From Rhodothermales bacterium (GTDB lineage Bacteria; Bacteroidota; Rhodothermia; Rhodothermales; JAHQVL01): a DNA stretch of 64,000 nucleotides. Below are positions 57,296 through 64,000 of this stretch, piece by piece; the first letter of the stretch is position 1; every line of letters starts with the position of its first letter. The stretch spans positions 166,897-230,896 of the forward strand of contig JAWKNW010000002.1 of the NCBI GenBank assembly GCA_041391505.1. The letters run 5' to 3'. Made by a program: the position numbers and the translations under genes. The notes beneath the pieces were generated by a model. It saw only the letters and a list, made by a program, of their open reading frames with translations. It had not been told where the DNA came from and made no database searches.

Positions 57296-58017
57296 TCGCC
57301 CCCCAAATCGCCATCCGAGACCGCCTCACTGCCTTCGTCGAAACCGAAGAATGGCGCGCCTTCTTCGTGAGCCAGAACGAGCGCCGATTGATCACCTGGA
57401 CGGGCCTCCGCGAGCTCATCGAGCTGCCCGCACCGGTTGGCCTGGCCACTACGCCCGAGGCCTTCATGCGTGCCCTGGTTGGGAAGGGGAGTGCGCGTGC
57501 GAAGCGGTACGCGGCGGACAAGCTGCGCCGAGCGCCTCGGCCTGTTGCCGGCGGCAACGCCACACAGTTCCTCCAGCTGGGCGAGGCCGAGCGCGCGCAC
57601 TCCGCGCCGGCGAAGGAGGGCGGCCGTTGGCTGGCACTCGCTCAGTACGCCATCGAGGCCGGACCGAACCGCGCGAAGCCGGCGGAGCGGTATTTCATCC
57701 CGGCGCTCCTCGAGTTCGGGAAGCCCGTGCCGGCGTCCGCCATGCTCGTCCGGGTGCGACGCACCATGTACCGTTTCGACTCGCTTGAGCACTGGCTTCG
57801 CTACAGGGGGCATGGCGGCTGCCAGCTGGATGGGCGTCACCTGGCGGCGCTCGGCTTCGGCGATCTGGCCGCGTTCGCAACCAAGCACGTGCCGGCGGCG
57901 CCCCGCGTGCTGGACGATCGAACGGAGCCCGGCGAGCTCCTGAAAGACGCGTGCGACGTGCTCACGCTAGAGCCGCCGGCGTTCGATTGGGAGTCCACGG
58001 AAAGAAATGCAGCGTGA
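57283..58017 (+). CDS. hypothetical 244-aa protein
   Basis: Overlaps the upstream gene by 13 nt. High GC, no family recognised. Confidence 0.45.
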   Translation: MSVLIAPQIAIRDRLTAFVETEEWRAFFVSQNERRLITWTGLRELIELPAPVGLATTPEAFMRALVGKGSARAKRYAADKLRRAPRPVAGGNATQFLQLGEAERAHSAPAKEGGRWLALAQYAIEAGPNRAKPAERYFIPALLEFGKPVPASAMLVRVRRTMYRFDSLEHWLRYRGHGGCQLDGRHLAALGFGDLAAFATKHVPAAPRVLDDRTEPGELLKDACDVLTLEPPAFDWESTERNAA

Positions 58018-58027
58018 GGGGGCGTCA

Positions 58028-58474
58028 ATGCGAATCGCGATGAACAACCACACCCCGCATACCGACCCTGCTGGCGCCTTCTACGAAGCGATCGCGGACG
58101 TCGTGGTGCGCAAGCTGATGGAGGAGATTGGGCGCGCGAGCCTGGGCGGCGAGCCTACGGATGGCCTGGCGATCGAGAAACTGGGCGGCCGAGGCCTGGA
58201 CCTTATGCGCGCCTACTCCGCAAAGGAAGTAGCCGAGCTACTGGGCACCAGTCGCGTCGAATCCGTCTATGAGATACCAGAGAACGAACTGCCACGCGTG
58301 CGGCGAATCGGGAAGAGCTTTGGGTATCTTGGGATCAACGTACTTTGCTACATGGCCGGCCGGCCGCCGGTCGACATAGACGCGGCCATCGAGGAATACA
58401 GGAAACGTCTCACCGAAGGGCGGGGCAACGTCCTGCCGATGGGGCTCACCGAAGGACTTACCCGGGTGCTGTGA
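58028..58474 (+). CDS. excisionase / AlpA-like HTH DNA-binding protein
   Basis: YSAKEVAELLGTSRVESVYEIPENELPRVRRIGKSFGY is a MerR/excisionase-type HTH. It sits immediately upstream of the integrase with a TGATG stop/start overlap. Confidence 0.55.
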   Translation: MRIAMNNHTPHTDPAGAFYEAIADVVVRKLMEEIGRASLGGEPTDGLAIEKLGGRGLDLMRAYSAKEVAELLGTSRVESVYEIPENELPRVRRIGKSFGYLGINVLCYMAGRPPVDIDAAIEEYRKRLTEGRGNVLPMGLTEGLTRVL

Positions 58475-59694
58475 TGCCGTACAAGCGAGAGGGCTCTCCC
58501 TACTATCAGATCCGCCGTCGTAGGCTCGCGGGCTATGGCGACACCGGTGTGCTCTCCTCCAAGGTGGGGAGCAAGAAGCTGGCGCGCGACATGGAGCGCG
58601 TCCTCGAGGAGCTCGCGCACAAGGCACTGGAGGACGCCTCATGGTATGGCCTGCTTGACGCGGTATGCCGGGAGAAGACGGTGCCGATGCCCGACCTGCT
58701 GAAGGCGCGCAATATCGGGACGCTCGAGGGGCTGAAGCGAAGCCTCACCGATCCCACGCTCACGGAAGCGGTCGCGGCGTATCAGCGCGCGGCGCCGCAG
58801 AACCGATCGGCGATCATTGGCCTGCGCATGCTGATGCGTTACGCGCCGGCCGGGATGCGCCTGGGCGATCTCACATCGAGGACGATCACCAAGCTTTGTA
58901 TCGAGGCGGAGGAGGACGGGCGCAAGCGCAACACGGTCCGGCGATCGATGCTGCGCGGCATCTCGCTCCTCCTGCGCTTTCACATCGGCAACGCGGAGCG
59001 TAATCGGATCTTCGCCGATGTCGTCTTCCACGGGGAGAACGACACGAGGGAAGTGCACCTCACGCCGGCGGAGCTGCGGCGACTATTCACCGCGATGAAG
59101 GAACTGGGATATGCCGAGCTCGGCACGATCGTCCGCACGGCGCTGCTCACCTCGGCCGATCGCGGCGTGCTCCTGGCGGGGCAGAACATGGGGCAGCAGC
59201 TGCGAGGCCTGCGCGTGCGGGACCTCACGATCTATCTCGACTCCCAGAGCGGGGAGTACAGCGGCGAGGTGTTCCTGCACGACACCAAGGCGAAGAACCG
59301 GAGCCGGAGCGTGCCGCTCACCGATAGCTTGTGCCGGGAGCTGCTCGTCTGCTGCAAGGGGAAGGATCCGGACAGTACCGTGTTCGAAATGAAGTATCAG
59401 CAGCTGGACTTCCAGTGGAAGGCGGCGCGGCGCCAGGCGGGCCTGAAGGGCATCCGCTTCAAGGACCTGCGCGCCCAGACCGCGATATACGCCGAGGAGG
59501 CAGGCATCCCGATCACGGTGGCGCAGAAGACGCTCGGACACAGCAACGAGATGATGACGCGTCGCTATCAGCAGCGCGCGGCCGTGCTCAGCATTGACCA
59601 GGCCCAGGCCATCGAGTCCGCGATGTTTGCCGAGGATGAAGAAAACGGCGCGATCGAAAGTAAAAACAAGCGCTCACAACCGGGCCAACAATGA
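58474..59694 (+). CDS. int: tyrosine recombinase / phage integrase
   Basis: 406 aa from the ATG at 58474. The catalytic region includes LLTSADRG, ...FLHDTKAKNRSRSVPL, FKDLRAQTAIYAEEAGI, LGHSNEMMTRRY (R...HxxR...Y pattern). It is adjacent to the tRNA 3-prime end. Confidence 0.85.
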   Translation: MPYKREGSPYYQIRRRRLAGYGDTGVLSSKVGSKKLARDMERVLEELAHKALEDASWYGLLDAVCREKTVPMPDLLKARNIGTLEGLKRSLTDPTLTEAVAAYQRAAPQNRSAIIGLRMLMRYAPAGMRLGDLTSRTITKLCIEAEEDGRKRNTVRRSMLRGISLLLRFHIGNAERNRIFADVVFHGENDTREVHLTPAELRRLFTAMKELGYAELGTIVRTALLTSADRGVLLAGQNMGQQLRGLRVRDLTIYLDSQSGEYSGEVFLHDTKAKNRSRSVPLTDSLCRELLVCCKGKDPDSTVFEMKYQQLDFQWKAARRQAGLKGIRFKDLRAQTAIYAEEAGIPITVAQKTLGHSNEMMTRRYQQRAAVLSIDQAQAIESAMFAEDEENGAIESKNKRSQPGQQ

Positions 59695-59770
59695 CGGAAT
59701 CGACCACAAACAAGAATCCCCGCAACCACATGCATCGCATGGAGTTACGGGGATCATACCGGGCAATCAG

Positions 59771-59846
<76 letters not shown>

Positions 59847-60025
59847 TTGAGGGTTTAAGGGGCCAGGTTTGAGGTTCAACGTACCCTCGTTGAACCCGGT
59901 GCCTGAAACCTCGAACCGTCGACAGGCCCCTACCACGTCTGAACCCGCCGGCTGTTCCTGCACCGGAAACCTCCCCACCCGGTATTCCGTGCAATCTTTG
60001 ACATCTCTTCATAGACCCAGCCCCC

Positions 60026-60364
60026 ATGCGCCCCATCGCCGCCGTCATCCTGCTCGCCCTGGCCCTCGCCGGCTGCGCCAAAAAGCCGTTCGACCGGGAC
60101 GCGACGCCGGAAACGAGCGTCGAGGTCCAGAACAACAACTTCTACGACATGAACCTCTATATCGTCCGCGCCGGCCAGCGGACGCGCCTCGGGTTCATCA
60201 ACAGCGGGCAAACCCGCACCTTCCGCATCCCCGTCTACCTCGCCGAAGGCAGCACCCGCATCCAGTTCCTCGCCGACCCCGTCGGCGGCAACCGGACGCC
60301 GACCACCCAGGAAATCTTCGTCACCCCCGGAGAGACCGTCCGGCTGGTGATACCGAGTTTTTAG
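60026..60364 (+). CDS. hypothetical lipoprotein (112 aa)
   Basis: MRPIAAVILLALALAGCAKK lipobox. High GC. Confidence 0.6.
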   Translation: MRPIAAVILLALALAGCAKKPFDRDATPETSVEVQNNNFYDMNLYIVRAGQRTRLGFINSGQTRTFRIPVYLAEGSTRIQFLADPVGGNRTPTTQEIFVTPGETVRLVIPSF

Positions 60365-60366
60365 TG

Positions 60367-60909
60367 GGGAGGGGTTTTACGGGGCGTGCCGGACTCGGGG
60401 AGGATTGCCGGGCTCAATGAGGGGTGCCAGACTCGGGGAGGTTTGCCGGGCTCAATGACGGGTGCCAGACTCGGGGAGGATTGCCGGACTCGGGGAGGAT
60501 TGCCGGACTCAATGAGGGGTGCCAGGCTCGGGGAGGTTTGCCGGGCTCGGGGAGGTTTGCCGGACTCGGGGAGGATTGCCGGACTCGGGGAGGATTGCCG
60601 GGCTCGAGGAGGATTGCCGGACTCGGGGAGGATTGCCGGACTCGGGGAGGATTGCCGGACTCGGGGAGGATTGCCGGACTCGGGGAGGTTTGCCGGGCTC
60701 GGGGAGGTTTGCCGGGCTCGGGGAGGTTTGCCGGGCTCGGGGAGGTTTGCCGGGCTCGGGGAGGTTTGCCGGGCTCGGGGAGGGTTTGCCGGGCTCGGGG
60801 AGGTTTGCCGGGCTCGGGGAGGTTTGCCGGACTCAATGAGTGGTGCCAGGCTCGGGGAGGATTGCCGGACTCAATGAGTGGTGCCAGGCTCGAGGAGGTT
60901 TCTCGACTC
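60367..60909. repeat. tandem array of a 19-nt unit (about 27 full copies, three sequence variants)
   Basis: The units are ggggaggattgccggactc, ggggaggtttgccgggctc and aatgaggggtgccagactc, arranged head-to-tail without spacers. The variants cluster in blocks. All six frames are open, and the period is not a multiple of 3. Confidence 0.9.
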
Positions 60910-61009
60910 CCGGTCGCTGACGCGACCGTCCGCTCGAAATGACATCGTGGGATATGGCCCTCATTCGCCTCACCCCACCCATGACCAATGACCAGTGACC
61001 AATGACAGC

Positions 61010-61105
61010 GAGCGCAGCGAGCCTCCTGACCACGAGCGCAGCGAGCCTCCTGACCGCGAGCGCAGCGAGCCCCCTGACAGCGAGCGCAGCGAGCCTCTTG
61101 ACCGC
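61010..61105. repeat. 4 x 24-nt tandem repeat, flanked by tgaccaa/tgaccag heptamer repeats and a duplicated gcacaacgtgcg palindrome
   Basis: The unit gagcgcagcgagcctcctgaccgc occurs 4 times with 1-3 substitutions (61010-33, 61034-57, 61058-81, 61082-105). The heptamers lie at 60981-61006. Confidence 0.85.
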
Positions 61106-61295
61106 GCACAACGTGCGCAAACGCCCCCCGAGCACACAACGTGCGAAATGCCTATCTTGGAAAGAAGTGCAGGACGGGAGTCCTACCCACTATAGACTCC
61201 CGTCCTTTGAAAGACATGCGTTCGGAAAGATGTGCCTTTTTCCGTTCGTTCGTTGTTAATATCGCACCCGCTTACAGACCCTCCTATAGGGGGTT

Positions 61296-62708
61296 ATGCG
61301 CGATTTGCTGCGATTAAAAACCCCTACACCCCTGTCTGGAAAAGCGCACGTGTCGACGGACCTTTCCCTCCCTGAACTCGCCGGCGCGCTGCGCGCGGGC
61401 CGCCTGACGAGCCGCCAGCTCGTCGCCTCCGCGCTGGAGCGCATCCTCGACCCTGCCGGCGAAGGCTCGCGCGCCTTCCTGCACGTCAACGACGTCGCCG
61501 CCCTCGAGGCCGCCGACCGGGCCGACGCCATGCTGGCCGCCGGCCGGCATGGGCTGCCGCTCCTCGGGCTGCCGATCTCCATCAAGGACCTGTTCGATGT
61601 CGAGGGCGAAACCACGCGCGCCGGCTCGGTGCTGCTCGCCGACGCCCCGCCGGCCGACCACGACGCGCCGGCCATCGCCCGGCTCCGCGCCGCGGGGGCG
61701 ATCTTTATCGGGCGGACCAACATGACGGAGTTCGCTTTCTCGGGCCTCGGCCTCAACCCCCACTACGGCACGCCGGCGGCGCCGTACGACCGCGCACACG
61801 TCCGCCGCATCCCCGGAGGCTCCACCTCGGGCGGGGCGGTGTCGGTGGCGGACGGAATGGCGGTGGCAGCCATCGGGACGGACACCGGGGGCTCGACGCG
61901 CATCCCGCCGGCGTTCTGCGGCGTCACGGGCTTCAAGCCGACCGCCCGGCGCATCCCCACCGCCGGCGTCTTCCCCCTCGCGCCCAGCCTCGACTCGGTC
62001 GGCCCCATCGGGCGGAGCGTGGCCTGCTGCGCGCTGCTGGATCAGATCATGAGCGGGGCGCCGGTCCGCGACCTCGACCCCATCCCGCTGCGCGGCCTCA
62101 CCTTCCTGGCGCCGTCGAACCTCGTGCTGGACGACCTCGACGCCGCCGTCGCCAGCGGCTTCCTGCGCGCACGCGCCCGCATGGCCGATGCCGGCGCGAC
62201 GATCGTCGATCGCCGGCTCGACGCGCTCGACCTGCTCGCCGAAGGCCGTAAACACGGCGGGATGGCCCCCGTCGAGGCCTATGCCGTGCACCGGGCCTGG
62301 TACCACACCCAGCAGGACGCCTACGACCCGCGCGTGCATGTCCGCATGGCGCCCGGGGTGGACCTGCTGGCGGTGGACTACATCGACCTGCTCGCCAGCC
62401 GCCGGCGCCTCATCGAACACGCCGCCGCCGAGCTGGCCGGCTACGACGCCGTCATCCTCCCCACCGTCCCCTGCCTCCCGCCGCCCATCGCCGAGATCGA
62501 GGAGGGCGACGACGCGCACTACTTCGCGATCAACGCCCGCGCACTCCGCAACACGTCGATCATCAACGCGCTCGACGGCTGCGCCCTGACCATCCCGTGC
62601 AGCCGGCCCGGGTCGCCGCCCGCCGGCCTGATGGTCGCCGGCCTCGCGATGCAGGACGAACGCATCCTCGGGATCGGCGCGAGCATCGAGGCGGTGCTGC
62701 GGGGCTGA
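61296..62708 (+). CDS. amidase-signature family amidase
   Basis: GLPISIKDLFDVEG, GGSTSGGAVSVADGMAVAAIGTDTGGSTRIPPAFCGVTGFKPT is the AS-family GGSS(G/S)G and Ser-cisSer-Lys region. Confidence 0.8.
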   Translation: MRDLLRLKTPTPLSGKAHVSTDLSLPELAGALRAGRLTSRQLVASALERILDPAGEGSRAFLHVNDVAALEAADRADAMLAAGRHGLPLLGLPISIKDLFDVEGETTRAGSVLLADAPPADHDAPAIARLRAAGAIFIGRTNMTEFAFSGLGLNPHYGTPAAPYDRAHVRRIPGGSTSGGAVSVADGMAVAAIGTDTGGSTRIPPAFCGVTGFKPTARRIPTAGVFPLAPSLDSVGPIGRSVACCALLDQIMSGAPVRDLDPIPLRGLTFLAPSNLVLDDLDAAVASGFLRARARMADAGATIVDRRLDALDLLAEGRKHGGMAPVEAYAVHRAWYHTQQDAYDPRVHVRMAPGVDLLAVDYIDLLASRRRLIEHAAAELAGYDAVILPTVPCLPPPIAEIEEGDDAHYFAINARALRNTSIINALDGCALTIPCSRPGSPPAGLMVAGLAMQDERILGIGASIEAVLRG

Positions 62709-62858
62709 GCGGCTCCCCCGGGGCTAACGCATCGCTAGCCGGGTGCTTCCACGCATCGGGCCACAACGTTCACACATTTCTCACATATAGACGCGAACCC
62801 TTTTCGCGCAAAGCGCCGTTTAGCTGAGCTTCTGCCGATCCACTTCGCCGTCGCTCGT

Positions 62859-64000
62859 ATGCTACTCGACCAGACTTCCTCTTCGCAGCCCCTCAATTTC
62901 TGGGCGGAGCTGCGGGACATGTTTATGGGCAAACGGCGGGATTTCACCACCGGAAGCCTGGGCCGCGCGATCGTCCTGCTCGCCATTCCGATGGTGCTGG
63001 AGATGATCATGCAGTCGATCTTCGGCGTGGTCGACGTGTTTTTCGTCGGCAAGCTGGGAGCGGACGCGGTCGCCGCCGTGGGGATGACCGATTCGTTGAT
63101 GGTGCTGCTGTTCGCGATCGGCATGGGCATCGCCATGGCGGCCGCCGCGATGGTGGCGCGACGGATCGGCGAGAAAAAGCACGAGGAAGCCGGCGTCGCC
63201 GCGGTGCAGGCGCTGGTGCTCGGCGCGCTCGTCTCCATCCCCGTCGCCGTGCTGGGCGTGATCTTCGCGCCCGAGCTGCTCGGGCTCATGGGTGCGAGCG
63301 AGAGCGTCGTCGCGGTCGGCAGCGGCTACTGCGCCATCGCGTTCGGCACGAACACCCTCATCCTGTACCTGTTCATTATCAACGCGGTCTTCCGCGGCGC
63401 CGGCGACGCCGTCAAGGCGATGCGCGTGTTGTGGCTGGCCAACATCCTCAACATCATCCTGGACCCCGCCTTTATCTTCGGGTGGGGGCCGATCCCCGAG
63501 ATGGGCGTCACGGGCGCCGCCGTCGCCACGGCCATCGGGCGCGGCATCGGCGTCGCCTACCAGATCTCGCAGCTGATCAAGGGCACGGGGCACCTGACCG
63601 TGCACCGCGAGCAGCTCCGGATCAACCTGGACATCATGCGCCGGCTCCTGCGCGTGTCCATGCCGGGCATGATCCAGTACATGATCGGCACGGCCAGCTG
63701 GATGCTCATCTTCCGCATCCAGGCGTCGTTTGGCAGCGACGCCCTCGCAGGCTACACCATCGCCATCCGCATCATTCTCTTCGCGCTGATGCCCTCCTGG
63801 GGGGTCGGCAATGCGGCGGCGACGCTGGTGGGGCAGAACCTGGGCGCGCGGCAGCCGGACCGGGCGGAGCGCGCCGTATGGTTCGCGTGCTGGACCAACG
63901 TCGCCTTCCTGGGCGTGGTCGCCATCGCCATGTTCGTGTTCAGCGAACCGCTGATCCGCATCTTCACCGACATCCCCACGGCCGTGGCCTACGGGGTGGA
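62859..64000 (+). CDS. MATE-family efflux transporter (partial, continues beyond window)
   Basis: My own translation from the ATG at 62859: MLLDQTSSSQPLNFWAELRDMFMGKRRDFTTGSLGRAIVLLAIPMVLEMIMQSIFGVVDVFFVGKLGADAVAAVG...NAVFRGAGDA...GAAVATAIGRG. It is not in the ORF track because it has no stop in the window. Confidence 0.8.
   Translation, partial: MLLDQTSSSQPLNFWAELRDMFMGKRRDFTTGSLGRAIVLLAIPMVLEMIMQSIFGVVDVFFVGKLGADAVAAVGMTDSLMVLLFAIGMGIAMAAAAMVARRIGEKKHEEAGVAAVQALVLGALVSIPVAVLGVIFAPELLGLMGASESVVAVGSGYCAIAFGTNTLILYLFIINAVFRGAGDAVKAMRVLWLANILNIILDPAFIFGWGPIPEMGVTGAAVATAIGRGIGVAYQISQLIKGTGHLTVHREQLRINLDIMRRLLRVSMPGMIQYMIGTASWMLIFRIQASFGSDALAGYTIAIRIILFALMPSWGVGNAAATLVGQNLGARQPDRAERAVWFACWTNVAFLGVVAIAMFVFSEPLIRIFTDIPTAVAYGV

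Noticed and set aside
60367-60909. Possible CRISPR array
   Set aside because: The units are strictly contiguous with no unique spacers, at 19 nt the repeats are too short, and no cas genes are present.
60386-61139. Overlapping ORFs in all frames across the 19-nt repeat array (for example 60386-60877, 60424-60942, 60414-61139)
   Set aside because: The repeat period of 19 nt is not a multiple of 3, and every frame on both strands is open simply because the unit lacks stop triplets. There is no plausible start context.

Overview
High-GC (about 65-70% by eye) bacterial chromosome segment. It is probably from a Rhodothermota/Bacteroidota-like organism, because three secreted proteins end in the T9SS C-terminal sorting motif (YPNPFNPTT...) and many genes lack a clear SD.

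Positions 1-38.7 kb are core genome:
- glgC (partial), a CPA1 antiporter fused to RCK and EIIA domains, and galE.
- A long minus-strand catabolic array: permease, small membrane protein, rhaI, rhaB, bifunctional rhamnulose-1-P aldolase/SDR, lutABC, and a lipoprotein aldose-1-epimerase.
- DUF502, cyclase, sulfatase, redoxin, a PhoX-like T9SS protein, and a Ser/Thr kinase with TPR repeats.
- GH44, a 706-aa unknown lipoprotein, a 1249-aa Ig-repeat T9SS protein, and a cytochrome-c/Vgb-like propeller.

From 38.75 kb the composition becomes mosaic. Two low-GC (about 40-45%) insertions each carry a pentapeptide-repeat protein. One has an unknown C-terminal domain and the other a C-terminal TIR domain. 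They flank two core genes (DUF1080, HAD).

A roughly 16 kb element (43.8-59.8 kb) is integrated into tRNA-Lys(CUU). It is bounded by a 14-bp direct repeat, and the displaced tRNA terminator sits at its left edge. Its gene content is phage-satellite (PICI)-like:
- Integrase, an AlpA-like HTH protein, XRE and RHH regulators, and a DUF3987-like replication protein.
- Only an HK97 prohead protease and a P27 TerS as virion genes.
- A low-GC cargo hotspot with a HEPN protein, a PadR/TM-protein operon divergent from a cytoplasmic trypsin-like protease, and a DprA-like/PRTase pair (ShosTA-like).
- A five-gene operon of unknown function.

Right of the tRNA lie a lipoprotein gene, a striking array of about 27 copies of a 19-nt tandem repeat plus a 4 x 24-nt array, an amidase, and a partial MATE transporter.

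All functional calls rest on motif and family recognition by eye. No searches were run.
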